From NCBI RefSeq assembly GCF_024502345.1, contig NZ_JALDNN010000001.1: a stretch of 64,000 nucleotides of DNA, one strand, 5' to 3'. Position 1 is the stretch's first letter. Every line of letters starts with the position of its first letter. Below are positions 39,518 through 54,241 of this stretch, one piece after another. Origin of the DNA: Escherichia coli (GTDB lineage: Bacteria > Pseudomonadota > Gammaproteobacteria > Enterobacterales > Enterobacteriaceae). The position numbers were made by a program, and so were the translations under genes. The notes under the pieces are model-generated. The model made no database searches and had not been told where the DNA came from. It was given only the letters and a program-made list of their open reading frames with translations.

Positions 39518-40780
39518 ATGCCACATTCACTGTTCAGCACCGATACCGATCTCACCGCCGAAAATCTGCTGCGTTTGCCCGCTGAATTTGGCTGCCCGGT
39601 GTGGGTCTACGATGCGCAAATTATTCGTCGGCAGATTGCAGCGCTGAAACAGTTTGATGTGGTGCGCTTTGCACAGAAAGCCTGTTCCAATATTCATATT
39701 TTGCGATTAATGCGTGAGCAGGGCGTGAAAGTGGATTCCGTCTCGTTAGGCGAAATAGAGCGTGCGTTGGCGGCGGGTTACAATCCGCAAACGCACCCCG
39801 ATGATATTGTTTTTACGGCAGATGTTATCGATCAGGCGACGCTTGAACGCGTCAGTGAATTGCAAATTCCGGTGAATGCGGGTTCTGTTGATATGCTCGA
39901 CCAACTGGGCCAGGTTTCGCCAGGGCATCGGGTATGGCTGCGCGTTAACCCGGGGTTTGGTCACGGACATAGCCAAAAAACCAATACCGGTGGCGAAAAC
40001 AGCAAGCACGGTATCTGGTACACCGATCTGCCCGCCGCACTGGACGTGATACAACGTCATCATCTGCAGCTGGTCGGCATTCACATGCACATTGGTTCTG
40101 GCGTTGATTATGCCCATCTGGAACAGGTGTGTGGTGCTATGGTACGTCAGGTCATCGAATTCGGTCAGGATTTACAGGCTATTTCTGCAGGCGGTGGGCT
40201 TTCTATTCCTTATCAACAGGGTGAAGAGGCGGTTGATACCGAGCATTATTATGGTCTGTGGAATGCCGCGCGTCAGCAAATCGCCCGCCATTTGGGCCAC
40301 CCTGTGAAACTGGAAATTGAACCGGGTCGCTTTCTGGTAGCGCAGTCTGGCGTGTTAATTACTCAGGTGCGGAGCGTCAAACAAATGGGTAGCCGCCACT
40401 TTGTGCTGGTTGATGCCGGGTTCAACGATCTGATGCGCCCGGCAATGTACGGTAGTTACCACCATATCAGTGCCCTGGCAGCTGATGGTCGTTCTCTGGA
40501 ACACGCGCCAACGGTGGAAACCGTCGTCGCCGGGCCATTATGTGAATCGGGCGATGTCTTTACCCAGCAGGAAGGGGGAAATGTTGAAACCCGCGCCTTG
40601 CCGGAAGTGAAGGCGGGTGATTATCTGGTACTGCATGATACAGGGGCATATGGCGCATCAATGTCATCCAACTACAACAGCCGTCCGCTGTTACCAGAAG
40701 TTCTGTTTGATAATGGTCAGGCGCGGTTGATTCGCCGTCGCCAGACCATCGAAGAATTACTGGCGCTGGAATTGCTTTAA
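39518..40780 (+). CDS. lysA: diaminopimelate decarboxylase
   Basis: 420 aa PLP-dependent decarboxylase (fold-type III). Confidence 0.9.
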   Translation: MPHSLFSTDTDLTAENLLRLPAEFGCPVWVYDAQIIRRQIAALKQFDVVRFAQKACSNIHILRLMREQGVKVDSVSLGEIERALAAGYNPQTHPDDIVFTADVIDQATLERVSELQIPVNAGSVDMLDQLGQVSPGHRVWLRVNPGFGHGHSQKTNTGGENSKHGIWYTDLPAALDVIQRHHLQLVGIHMHIGSGVDYAHLEQVCGAMVRQVIEFGQDLQAISAGGGLSIPYQQGEEAVDTEHYYGLWNAARQQIARHLGHPVKLEIEPGRFLVAQSGVLITQVRSVKQMGSRHFVLVDAGFNDLMRPAMYGSYHHISALAADGRSLEHAPTVETVVAGPLCESGDVFTQQEGGNVETRALPEVKAGDYLVLHDTGAYGASMSSNYNSRPLLPEVLFDNGQARLIRRRQTIEELLALELL

Positions 40781-40786
40781 CTGCGG

Positions 40787-41818
40787 TTAGTCGCTGGTTG
40801 CATGATGACTGGCCTCCAGCGACGGAGTTGACACTGAATGGCGACGTACCAGCGTCGGACTAAAGACATTAGTGATTTCCGGGAGAGGGCGATTATCCGC
40901 CAGCGCCAAAGCCAGTTCGGCAGCCTGGGTCGCCATCGTCACGATTGGGTAACGCACGGTGGTCAGGCGCGGGCGCACATAGCGTGACACCAGCACATCA
41001 TCAAAGCCAATTAACGAAATTTCGCCCGGTACATCAATACCATTATCATTGAGAACGCCCATCGCACCCGCCGCCATTGAATCGTTATAACAGGCTACCG
41101 CAGTGAAATTTCTTCCTCGTCCCAAAAGCTCGGTCATTGCCTGTTCGCCGCCGCTTTCGTCTGGTTCGCCAAATGTCACCAGCCGATCATTGGCCGGAAT
41201 ACCACTTTCAGCAAGGGCATCGTAATACCCTTGCAGACGATCTTCGGCGTCAGAAATAGAGTGGTTAGAGCACAGATAACCAATGCGGGTATGACCTTGC
41301 TGAATTAAATGACGCGTTGCCAGCCAGGCACCGTAACGATCGTCAAGAGCAATACAACGGTTTTCAAAGCCAGGCAGGATACGGTTGATCAGCACCATAC
41401 CGGGCATTTGTTTCATTAATGAGGCTAAATCGGCATCCGGGATCATTTTGGCATGGACGACCAACGCAGCACAGCGATGGCGGATCAGTTGCTCAATAGC
41501 CTGACGCTCTTTTTGTTCGTTGTGGTAACCGTTGCCAATCAATAAGAAATTACCGGTGTGATAAGCCACCTGTTCGACCGCTTTCACCATTGCACCGAAA
41601 AACGGATCGGAAACATCACCAACGACCAGACCGACCGTTTCAGTGGTCTGCTGCGCCAGCGCACGGGCGTTGGCGTTCGGGTGATAGCTAAGAGACTCCA
41701 TTGCACTATGCACAGCCAGCCGGGACGCTTCGCTGGCTTTGGGTGAATTATTAATGACGCGGGAAACGGTGGCGACTGAAACGCCTGCCAGTCGGGCTAC
41801 ATCCTTTATGGTCGCCAT
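40787..41818 (-). CDS. galR: galactose repressor (LacI family)
   Basis: 343 aa; N-terminal HTH MATIKDVARLAGVSVATVSRVINN. Confidence 0.9.
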   Translation of the reverse strand: MATIKDVARLAGVSVATVSRVINNSPKASEASRLAVHSAMESLSYHPNANARALAQQTTETVGLVVGDVSDPFFGAMVKAVEQVAYHTGNFLLIGNGYHNEQKERQAIEQLIRHRCAALVVHAKMIPDADLASLMKQMPGMVLINRILPGFENRCIALDDRYGAWLATRHLIQQGHTRIGYLCSNHSISDAEDRLQGYYDALAESGIPANDRLVTFGEPDESGGEQAMTELLGRGRNFTAVACYNDSMAAGAMGVLNDNGIDVPGEISLIGFDDVLVSRYVRPRLTTVRYPIVTMATQAAELALALADNRPLPEITNVFSPTLVRRHSVSTPSLEASHHATSD

Positions 41819-42031
41819 GAAAATACCTTAGTGGGTAAACGCTTACATTCTTTCAGTGTTACGGAAAACGCCCGTTGGTTCAAGGGGCGGCGTGTTTTCA
41901 TCGTGGGAATGTGAGCCAAACGCAAATAAGTAAGACAAAAAAAGAGATTGCAAACCTTTGGTTACACTTTGCGAAACGCTGTTGCGATTGACCGCTGGTG
42001 GCGTTTGGCTTCAGGTTGCTAAAGTGGTGAT

Positions 42032-42114
42032 CCCAGAGGTATTGATAGGTGAAGTCAACTTCGGGTTGAGCACATGAATTACACCAGCCTGCGCAGATGC
42101 GCAGGTTTTTTTTT
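42032..42114 (+). ncRNA. omrB: small regulatory RNA OmrB
   Basis: CCCAGAGGTATTGATAGGTGAAGTCAACTTCGGG...CCTGCGCAGATGCGCAGG followed by a T-run; shares conserved 5' and 3' ends with the adjacent OmrA copy. Confidence 0.85.
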
Positions 42115-42228
42115 GCCGGTCATCAAACTGTAACAGTAACCGACAATTTACACACCTCGTTGCATTTCCCTTCATTCCTTTGCGTTTTCTCGCTGGCGAA
42201 GAGTCGTCGTGCAGACCACAATCAAGAT

Positions 42229-42316
42229 CCCAGAGGTATTGATTGGTGAGATTATTCGGTACGCTCTTCGTACCCTGTCTCTTGCACCAACCTGCGCGGA
42301 TGCGCAGGTTTTTTTT
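42229..42316 (+). ncRNA. omrA: small regulatory RNA OmrA
   Basis: CCCAGAGGTATTGATTGGTGAGATTATTCGGTACGC...CCTGCGCGGATGCGCAGG followed by a T-run; terminator hairpin plus poly-U. Confidence 0.85.
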
Positions 42317-42382
42317 CGCACCTAATTTACTGTCGCTCGCGTTCTTTATCTCGTGTAATCTCCCTCCATTCGCTTTTACTGA

Positions 42383-45749
<3,367 letters not shown>

Positions 45750-45755
45750 TATTTA

Positions 45756-45777
45756 ACGCCGGTTTTAACCGGCGTTA
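45756..45777. terminator. bidirectional stem-loop between convergent lplT and tas
   Basis: inverted repeat AACGCCGGTTTTAACCGGCGTT. Confidence 0.5.
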
Positions 45778-45780
45778 ATC

Positions 45781-46821
45781 TTATGGTGCCGGATAAGTAT
45801 AAACCTGATGCACCGCTTCAATTTCAGCTAATACGTCTTCGCTTAACTCCAGATGCAAACTTTCGATGTTAGTTTTCAGCTGATCCATCGTGGTTGCGCC
45901 CAGCAGAGTGCTGGCAACAAACGGTTGACGGCGTACAAACGCGAGCGCCATCTGAGCAGGGTCCAGGCCATGACGTCTGGCGATATCAACATACGCCGCG
46001 ACGGCTTTTTGCGTTTGCTCACCGCTATAGCGGGTGAACCGACTAAAGAGCGTATTACGTGCGCCAGCGGGTTTTGCACCATTGAGATATTTCCCGGTCA
46101 GCGTGCCGAAACCCAGGCACGAATAGGCCAGCAGTTCGACCCCTTCATACTGGCTGACTTCTGCCAGACCTACTTCAAAACTGCGGTTTAACAGACTGTA
46201 AGGGTTCTGAATGGTGACAATACGCGGCAGATCGTGTTTGTCCGCCAGATGCAGGTAGCGCATTACGCCAAATGCAGTTTCGTTCGACACGCCGATATAA
46301 CGAATTTTTCCCGCGCGTTGGTACTCTGCCAGTGCGTCCAGCGTATCCAGCAGCGAAACCGCAGGCGCAGAATCCGTCCAGCTATAACCGAGTTTGCCGA
46401 AGCAGTTGGTCGGGCGCTGCGGCCAGTGCACCTGATAAAGATCGAGGTAATCAGTCTGTAGGCGCTTGAGGCTGTCATGCAGCGCTTCGCGGATATTCTT
46501 CCGATCCAGCGCCTGATCCGGGCGGATGCCCTTGTCATTATTGCGCGACGGTCCGCTCACTTTGGAGGCGATAATTAACTTTTCGCGGCTGCCATGTTTC
46601 GCCAGCCAGTTGCCGACGTAGGTTTCGGTTAACCCTTGCGTTTCGGGGCGCGGAGGTACTGGGTACATTTCGGCAACGTCGATAAGGTTAATGCCCTGAG
46701 CGACGGCATAGTCGAGTTGTGCGTGGGCGTCGGCTTCGCTGTTCTGTTCACCAAACGTCATCGTGCCAAGCCCCAGCGTGCTGACTTCCAGCGAACTGTG
46801 GGGTATACGGTGATATTGCAT
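45781..46821 (-). CDS. tas: aldo-keto reductase
   Basis: 346 aa; AKR family. Confidence 0.9.
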   Translation of the reverse strand: MQYHRIPHSSLEVSTLGLGTMTFGEQNSEADAHAQLDYAVAQGINLIDVAEMYPVPPRPETQGLTETYVGNWLAKHGSREKLIIASKVSGPSRNNDKGIRPDQALDRKNIREALHDSLKRLQTDYLDLYQVHWPQRPTNCFGKLGYSWTDSAPAVSLLDTLDALAEYQRAGKIRYIGVSNETAFGVMRYLHLADKHDLPRIVTIQNPYSLLNRSFEVGLAEVSQYEGVELLAYSCLGFGTLTGKYLNGAKPAGARNTLFSRFTRYSGEQTQKAVAAYVDIARRHGLDPAQMALAFVRRQPFVASTLLGATTMDQLKTNIESLHLELSEDVLAEIEAVHQVYTYPAP

Positions 46822-46928
46822 AGCCGTTTCCTTTTTATAATCACGACATAAGGAATATAAAAATGGCAGAGGGAAGGGAAAAGGGAAAGAGAAAAATCTT
46901 AAGGCCAGCCGGATGCTGACCTTATTTG

Positions 46929-47147
46929 TTAACGTTCAATAATTTGCGAAACATCATCACGGTTAATTTGCATCGCGTTACCTTGCTGATCGTGATAACT
47001 CACCAGCCCGGTATCATCATCAATTTCAGGTTTTCCATCGGTCAAAATCATACGGCCATCTTTGGTCGCCATGACGTAATCACTGGAACACCCGGAAACA
47101 GCAAACGCCAGTCCGACTGCAGAAATTATTACTGCCCATTTTTTCAT
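46929..47147 (-). CDS. ygdR: small lipoprotein
   Basis: 72 aa; signal peptide with lipobox (AVSGCSS). Confidence 0.85.
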
Positions 47148-47284
47148 CCGGTTATCCTCATTTGGCCTACCTATGATAATAGTCTGTTTATAAACCGACG
47201 TTATATATCTTGAAAGCAGGAAAATCTTAAACTGTGAGGGTAAAAGGAGTGAGTACGCCCTCCCGCAGGAGAGCGTACGGAGTA

Positions 47285-47998
47285 TCAGAGCGGATTCTTT
47301 TTGTTGCGAATCAAGTTGAGGCTTTCAACCGCAATAGAGAAGAACATCGCGAAGTAGATGTAACCTTTCGGTACGTGGATGTCGAAACTTTCCAGAATCA
47401 GGGTAAAGCCCACCAGAATCAGGAAAGAGAGCGCCAGCATTTTTACCGAAGGATGGCGTTCGACAAAATCACCAATCGAGCGCGCGGCGAACATCATCAC
47501 GCCTACGGCAATCACCACGGCTGCCATCATAATAAACAGGTGATCTGACAGACCCACAGCCGTAATCACCGAGTCGAGGCTAAAGATAATATCCAGCAGC
47601 ATAATCTGCACGATAGCGCCGAGGAATGATGAAACGCGTGTTTTCAGCCCTTCTTCTTCACCTTCAATGGATTCGTGGATTTCCTTGCTGGCTTTCCAGA
47701 TAAGGAACAAGCCACCCAGAAGCAGAATCAAATCACGGGCAGAAATTTCCTGACTGAATATTGTAAAAAGCGGATTTGTCAGGCGCGTAACCCAGGCGAT
47801 TGATGCCAGCAGCGCCAGACGCATAACCATGGCTCCCGCCAACCCCAGACGGCGCGCATGAGCACGTTGTGCTGTGGGAAGCTTTGCCACCACCAGAGAA
47901 AGGAAAATAATATTGTCGATCCCAAGAACGATCTCCAGCAGCGTCAGCGTACCGAGCGCAAGCCAGGCGTTAGGATCGGTTATCCATGCAAATAACAT
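47285..47998 (-). CDS. ygdQ: TerC-family inner membrane protein
   Basis: 237 aa polytopic membrane ORF. Confidence 0.85.
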
Positions 47999-48066
47999 CT
48001 AAAAAGCCCTGCCAAAAAAATGAAGCGGTAATTATATGCCCGGAAAGCGGCAGGTCAAAGCGATGG

Positions 48067-48756
48067 CTACTGGATCAGAAAATGACGGGCCAGTAGTGCA
48101 CTGGTGAAATTCTTCTTCAAATAAAAGCCGCGTGGCAGCGTCAGAATCCGTTCGCCCCGGGCACCAATGGCTTCGGTAAGCGCTTTCGCATTCGCTGCTT
48201 TCGGTCTTATCTGTAAATATTCCCCGTGACGAGCGGTGATCCGCTCAACCTGACCGAGAACAATCATATCCATTAATTCTTCCCAGTCTTCGCGTAGCTG
48301 TCGGTCTTCCTCTTCATTCGGGCTCCACAGCAACGGGGATCCTACGCGACGCTGCGCCAGCGGGATGCTGCGCTCGCCTTCAACCGGTATCCACAGTACG
48401 CGTTTGAGCTTGTGGCGCACGTGGCTGGTTTCCCAGGTCACCCCGCTATTACCCGTTAACGGGGCAACACAAACGAATGTTGTTTCCAGCGGACGACCAA
48501 GACTATCCACAGGGATAGTTTTAAGTTCCACGCCCAGAGCGGCAAAATCTTGCTCAGGTTTACTCCCTGCGCTGGCACCTAGCCAGATCTCCAGTAACAC
48601 GCCAATCCAGCCCTTATCGCGTTTTAAATTCTCTGGCGTAACCAGCCCGGCAAGTGCCGCCAGTTCTCCCAATGTATAACCAGAAAGTTGCTGTGCTTGC
48701 GCTAACAACTGTTCTTCAGTTTCGGGAGGAGAGAGCAGTGGGCGAGGTTGGGACAT
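48067..48756 (-). CDS. mutH: methyl-directed mismatch repair endonuclease
   Basis: 229 aa; [33 protein letters not shown]... Confidence 0.9.
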
Positions 48757-48944
48757 GTCATGATACCTTGATTAAAAAACAAACAGCAATTATGTGCCGA
48801 ATATTCGCAGTGTAACTTTTTCCACATGTGTTGTTCAATTCTCTGATTTATATTGCTTTTTAGGCTGCCGGTAATCGAGTTGCGCAACACTGCAATAGGT
48901 TTTCCAAATCTGGTCACTGAAAATAAACAGGATCTTACACCATG

Positions 48945-49269
48945 TTATCCACAGAAAGCTGGGATAACTGTGAAAAACCTCCACTACTGTTTCCATTTAC
49001 AGCCTTGACGTGCGATGAAACTCCAGTTTTTAGTGGTTCAGTGCTTAACTTAGTGGCACATTCTGTGGATAAATACGGCATTGGTTGATCTTTCGCCAAC
49101 CCGTAAATGAGAGGTGTGACCTGGGTCACGAATTACTCTTTTTCATTACTCAAATTACATGTAATGCATTGACTAATAATGAATATTTTAAAATGTCTAT
49201 ATCGGGTTTATTCAGAATGCTCCGGGTTTTCCCGTAGTAATTCCGTAGTTCTTCACAACTCTATCCACA
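48945..49269. promoter_or_regulatory. DnaA-box cluster consistent with the DARS2 DnaA-reactivating sequence
   Basis: perfect TTATCCACA on the plus strand (48945..48953), perfect TTATCCACA on the minus strand (49064..49072) and CTATCCACA (49261..49269) within an AT-rich 684-bp non-coding gap between mutH and rppH. Confidence 0.45.
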
Positions 49270-49440
49270 GAAAAGGTGAATAAAAACGGCTATTCACCCC
49301 TTCCTCTGTTTATAACTCTGCACATAACTGTGAGTTATTCAATTGTTATTAGTGTGTAATGCCCTGCAGAGAGTGGTTTACCGTCTTCCTGGAGTATGAA
49401 ACAATCATTCGTATATAAAGCTTTATTTTGAGGTAGTCCG

Positions 49441-49971
49441 GTGATTGATGACGATGGCTACCGCCCAAACGTAGGTATCGTGATTTGTAATCGCCAGGGG
49501 CAGGTAATGTGGGCCCGGCGATTTGGTCAGCACTCCTGGCAATTTCCGCAAGGCGGAATCAACCCCGGAGAATCCGCAGAGCAGGCGATGTACCGTGAAT
49601 TGTTTGAAGAAGTAGGATTAAGCCGCAAAGACGTTCGAATCCTTGCTTCAACGCGTAACTGGTTGCGCTACAAATTACCGAAACGTTTGGTGCGTTGGGA
49701 CACGAAGCCGGTTTGTATCGGCCAAAAACAAAAATGGTTTCTCTTGCAGCTGGTAAGCGGCGATGCAGAAATCAATATGCAAACCAGCAGTACACCAGAG
49801 TTTGACGGCTGGCGATGGGTAAGTTACTGGTATCCGGTCAGACAGGTGGTGTCATTTAAACGTGATGTCTACCGTAGGGTAATGAAAGAGTTCGCGAGTG
49901 TGGTGATGTCACTGCAGGAAAATACGCCAAAACCACAAAACGCATCTGCTTATCGACGTAAAAGAGGTTAA
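49441..49971 (+). CDS. rppH: RNA pyrophosphohydrolase (Nudix)
   Basis: 176 aa, GTG start ([14 protein letters not shown]...); Nudix box [22 protein letters not shown]. Confidence 0.9.
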
Positions 49972-49983
49972 GTCACGCCAATT

Positions 49984-52230
49984 ATGCTCACTCGCCTGCG
50001 CGAAATAGTCGAAAAGGTAGCCAGCGCACCACGCCTGAATGAGGCGTTAAATATTCTGGTTACCGACATCTGTCTTGCGATGGATACCGAGGTCTGTTCG
50101 GTCTACCTGGCCGATCATGATCGACGTTGTTACTACCTGATGGCGACCCGGGGGCTGAAAAAACCACGCGGTCGCACTGTAACGCTCGCGTTTGATGAAG
50201 GGATCGTCGGCCTGGTTGGCAGGCTGGCGGAACCGATAAACCTTGCAGATGCGCAAAAGCACCCCAGCTTCAAATACATCCCCTCCGTAAAAGAAGAACG
50301 TTTCCGCGCGTTTTTAGGCGTACCAATTATTCAACGTCGCCAGTTGCTTGGTGTACTGGTGGTACAGCAACGAGAGTTGCGCCAGTATGACGAAAGTGAA
50401 GAATCCTTCCTGGTGACGCTTGCCACCCAGATGGCAGCTATTCTTTCTCAGTCGCAGTTGACTGCCTTGTTTGGGCAATATCGCCAGACGCGAATCCGCG
50501 CATTACCGGCAGCACCTGGTGTGGCGATTGCCGAAGGCTGGCAGGATGCCACGTTACCTTTAATGGAACAGGTGTATCAGGCATCAACGCTGGATCCGGC
50601 TCTGGAACGCGAACGACTGACCGGGGCGCTGGAAGAAGCGGCAAACGAGTTTCGCCGCTACAGCAAACGCTTTGCCGCCGGAGCACAAAAAGAAACGGCG
50701 GCTATTTTCGATCTTTACTCGCACCTACTTTCGGACACCCGGCTGCGTCGCGAATTGTTTGCCGAGGTTGATAAAGGCTCGGTGGCAGAGTGGGCGGTAA
50801 AAACGGTCATTGAAAAATTTGCCGAACAGTTTGCCGCGCTAAGCGATAACTATCTCAAAGAGCGGGCTGGCGATTTACGTGCGCTGGGTCAGCGATTGCT
50901 GTTTCATCTTGATGACGCTAATCAAGGGCCGAACGCCTGGCCGGAACGTTTCATTCTGGTGGCAGATGAACTGTCAGCGACAACTCTTGCTGAGCTGCCC
51001 CAGGATCGCTTAGTCGGTGTTGTCGTGCGAGATGGCGCAGCCAACTCCCATGCTGCGATCATGGTACGTGCGCTGGGGATCCCTACCGTGATGGGCGCGG
51101 ATATTCAGCCTTCGGTGCTGCATCGTAGGACGCTGATCGTTGATGGCTATCGCGGTGAATTGCTGGTCGATCCGGAGCCGGTACTGCTGCAAGAATATCA
51201 GCGGCTAATTAGTGAAGAGATTGAGCTTAGCCGTCTGGCGGAAGATGACGTCAATTTACCCGCGCAGTTAAAAAGCGGTGAGCGTATAAAAGTCATGCTC
51301 AATGCTGGTTTAAGCCCGGAACATGAAGAAAAACTGGGCAGCCGTATTGATGGCATCGGTCTTTATCGCACTGAAATCCCATTCATGCTGCAAAGTGGTT
51401 TCCCGTCGGAAGAAGAACAGGTGGCGCAGTATCAGGGGATGCTGCAAATGTTCAATGATAAACCCGTCACCTTGCGTACGCTGGATGTCGGAGCAGATAA
51501 GCAGCTGCCTTACATGCCGATCAGCGAAGAGAATCCATGCCTGGGTTGGCGTGGGATTCGCATTACGCTCGATCAGCCGGAGATCTTCTTGATCCAGGTG
51601 CGGGCGATGCTGCGTGCTAATGCCGCTACGGGCAACCTGAATATTCTGTTGCCGATGGTCACAAGCCTCGATGAAGTTGATGAAGCACGCCGCCTGATTG
51701 AACGTGCCGGACGTGAAGTCGAGGAGATGATCGGTTACGAAATTCCCAAACCACGTATCGGCATCATGCTGGAAGTGCCGTCAATGGTATTTATGCTGCC
51801 GCATCTGGCAAAGCGGGTCGATTTCATCTCTGTTGGCACCAACGATCTGACTCAATACATTCTGGCCGTTGATCGCAACAATACCCGGGTGGCGAACATT
51901 TATGACAGTCTTCATCCTGCAATGTTACGAGCTCTGGCGATGATCGCCCGGGAAGCGGAAATACATGGTATCGATCTCCGTTTGTGCGGTGAAATGGCGG
52001 GCGATCCCATGTGCGTGGCAATCCTCATTGGGCTTGGGTATCGCCATCTGTCTATGAACGGACGTTCTGTAGCGCGGGTAAAATACCTGCTGCGGCGCAT
52101 TGATTTTGCCGAAGCAGAAAATCTTGCGCAGCGTAGTCTGGAAGCGCAACTGGCGACCGAAGTTCGCCATCAGGTTGCAGCCTTTATGGAGCGTCGCGGC
52201 ATGGGCGGGCTGATTCGCGGAGGGTTATAG
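49984..52230 (+). CDS. ptsP: nitrogen-PTS enzyme I (GAF domain-containing)
   Basis: 748 aa; N-terminal GAF domain, C-terminal PEP-utilizing enzyme domain. Confidence 0.9.
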   Translation: MLTRLREIVEKVASAPRLNEALNILVTDICLAMDTEVCSVYLADHDRRCYYLMATRGLKKPRGRTVTLAFDEGIVGLVGRLAEPINLADAQKHPSFKYIPSVKEERFRAFLGVPIIQRRQLLGVLVVQQRELRQYDESEESFLVTLATQMAAILSQSQLTALFGQYRQTRIRALPAAPGVAIAEGWQDATLPLMEQVYQASTLDPALERERLTGALEEAANEFRRYSKRFAAGAQKETAAIFDLYSHLLSDTRLRRELFAEVDKGSVAEWAVKTVIEKFAEQFAALSDNYLKERAGDLRALGQRLLFHLDDANQGPNAWPERFILVADELSATTLAELPQDRLVGVVVRDGAANSHAAIMVRALGIPTVMGADIQPSVLHRRTLIVDGYRGELLVDPEPVLLQEYQRLISEEIELSRLAEDDVNLPAQLKSGERIKVMLNAGLSPEHEEKLGSRIDGIGLYRTEIPFMLQSGFPSEEEQVAQYQGMLQMFNDKPVTLRTLDVGADKQLPYMPISEENPCLGWRGIRITLDQPEIFLIQVRAMLRANAATGNLNILLPMVTSLDEVDEARRLIERAGREVEEMIGYEIPKPRIGIMLEVPSMVFMLPHLAKRVDFISVGTNDLTQYILAVDRNNTRVANIYDSLHPAMLRALAMIAREAEIHGIDLRLCGEMAGDPMCVAILIGLGYRHLSMNGRSVARVKYLLRRIDFAEAENLAQRSLEAQLATEVRHQVAAFMERRGMGGLIRGGL

Positions 52231-52380
52231 CGCGGATCATATACATATCTTTTAACGGTATTCGGCAACTAGCCAGGTCCCCTTGTGCTATTATTCGCAC
52301 CTTTGGAGCGCCTGAAACCTGCGGCGCGCATTTCAATCGCTGTTCTCTTTCAGCGAAATAACAAGAACTTGTGGTGACAG

Positions 52381-53256
52381 ATGACCAGTAGCTATCTGCA
52401 TTTTCCGGAGTTTGATCCGGTCATTTTCTCAATAGGACCCGTGGCGCTTCACTGGTACGGCCTGATGTATCTGGTGGGTTTCATTTTTGCAATGTGGCTG
52501 GCAACACGACGGGCGAATCGTCCGGGCAGCGGCTGGACCAAAAATGAAGTTGAAAACTTACTCTATGCGGGCTTCCTCGGCGTCTTCCTCGGGGGACGTA
52601 TTGGTTATGTTCTGTTCTACAATTTCCCGCAGTTTATGGCCGATCCGCTGTATCTGTTCCGTGTCTGGGACGGCGGCATGTCTTTCCACGGCGGCCTGAT
52701 TGGCGTTATCGTGGTGATGATTATCTTTGCCCGCCGTACTAAACGTTCCTTCTTCCAGGTTTCTGATTTTATCGCACCACTCATTCCGTTTGGTCTTGGT
52801 GCCGGGCGTCTGGGCAACTTTATTAACGGTGAATTGTGGGGCCGCGTTGACCCGAACTTCCCGTTTGCCATGCTGTTCCCAGGCTCCCGTACAGAAGATA
52901 TTTTGCTGCTGCAAACCAACCCGCAGTGGCAATCCATTTTCGACACTTACGGTGTGCTGCCGCGCCACCCATCACAGCTTTACGAGCTGCTGCTGGAAGG
53001 TGTGGTGCTGTTTATTATTCTCAACCTGTATATTCGTAAACCGCGCCCAATGGGAGCTGTCTCTGGCTTGTTCCTGATTGGCTACGGCGCGTTTCGCATC
53101 ATTGTTGAGTTTTTCCGCCAGCCCGACGCGCAGTTTACCGGTGCCTGGGTGCAGTACATCAGCATGGGGCAAATTCTTTCCATCCCGATGATTGTCGCGG
53201 GTGTGATCATGATGGTCTGGGCATATCGTCGCAGCCCACAGCAACACGTTTCCTGA
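52381..53256 (+). CDS. lgt: prolipoprotein diacylglyceryl transferase
   Basis: 291 aa membrane protein. Confidence 0.9.
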
Positions 53257-53262
53257 GGAACC

Positions 53263-54057
53263 ATGAAACAGTATTTAGAACTGATGCAAAAAGTGCTCGA
53301 CGAAGGCACACAGAAAAACGACCGTACCGGAACCGGAACGCTTTCCATTTTTGGTCATCAGATGCGTTTTAACCTGCAGGATGGATTCCCGCTGGTGACA
53401 ACTAAACGTTGCCACCTGCGTTCCATCATCCATGAACTGCTGTGGTTTCTGCAGGGCGACACTAACATTGCTTATCTACACGAAAACAATGTCACCATCT
53501 GGGACGAATGGGCCGATGAAAACGGCGACCTCGGGCCAGTGTATGGTAAACAGTGGCGCGCCTGGCCAACGCCGGATGGTCGTCATATTGACCAGATCAC
53601 TACGGTACTGAACCAGCTGAAAAACGACCCGGATTCGCGCCGCATTATTGTTTCAGCGTGGAACGTAGGCGAACTGGATAAAATGGCGCTGGCACCGTGC
53701 CATGCGTTCTTCCAGTTCTATGTGGCAGACGGCAAACTCTCTTGCCAGCTTTATCAGCGCTCCTGTGACGTTTTCCTCGGCCTGCCGTTTAACATTGCCA
53801 GCTACGCGTTACTGGTGCATATGATGGCGCAGCAGTGTGATCTGGAAGTGGGCGATTTTGTCTGGACGGGGGGCGACACGCACCTGTACAGCAATCATAT
53901 GGATCAAACTCATCTGCAATTAAGCCGCGAACCGCGTCCGCTGCCGAAGTTGATTATCAAACGTAAACCCGAATCCATCTTCGACTACCGTTTCGAAGAC
54001 TTTGAGATTGAAGGCTACGATCCACATCCGGGCATTAAAGCGCCGGTGGCTATCTAA
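53263..54057 (+). CDS. thyA: thymidylate synthase
   Basis: 264 aa; [38 protein letters not shown]...; active-site region [10 protein letters not shown]. Confidence 0.95.
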
Positions 54058-54078
54058 TTACGAAACATCCTGCCAGAG

Positions 54079-54106
54079 CCGACGCCAGTGTGCGTCGGTT
54101 TTTTTT
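54079..54106 (+). terminator. intrinsic terminator after thyA
   Basis: stem CCGACGCCAGTGTGCGTCGG followed by TTTTTTTT. Confidence 0.6.
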
Positions 54107-54241
54107 ACCCTCCGTTAAATTCTTCGAGACGCCTTCCCGAAATTTTGCAACGTCCTGCAACGGCGTAAATAGTCCGGAAGATGCGCCGAAGAAATAGAAA
54201 CTGGCCCTCGTCTTTTTTTCTCCTCGCTCCATACTGCCGGC

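Noticed and set aside
46868-46896. Polypurine tract AGAGGGAAGGGAAAAGGGAAAGAGAAAAA upstream of tas
   Set aside because: A short low-complexity run within a promoter region; no repeat periodicity or coding potential, so probably not a distinct element.
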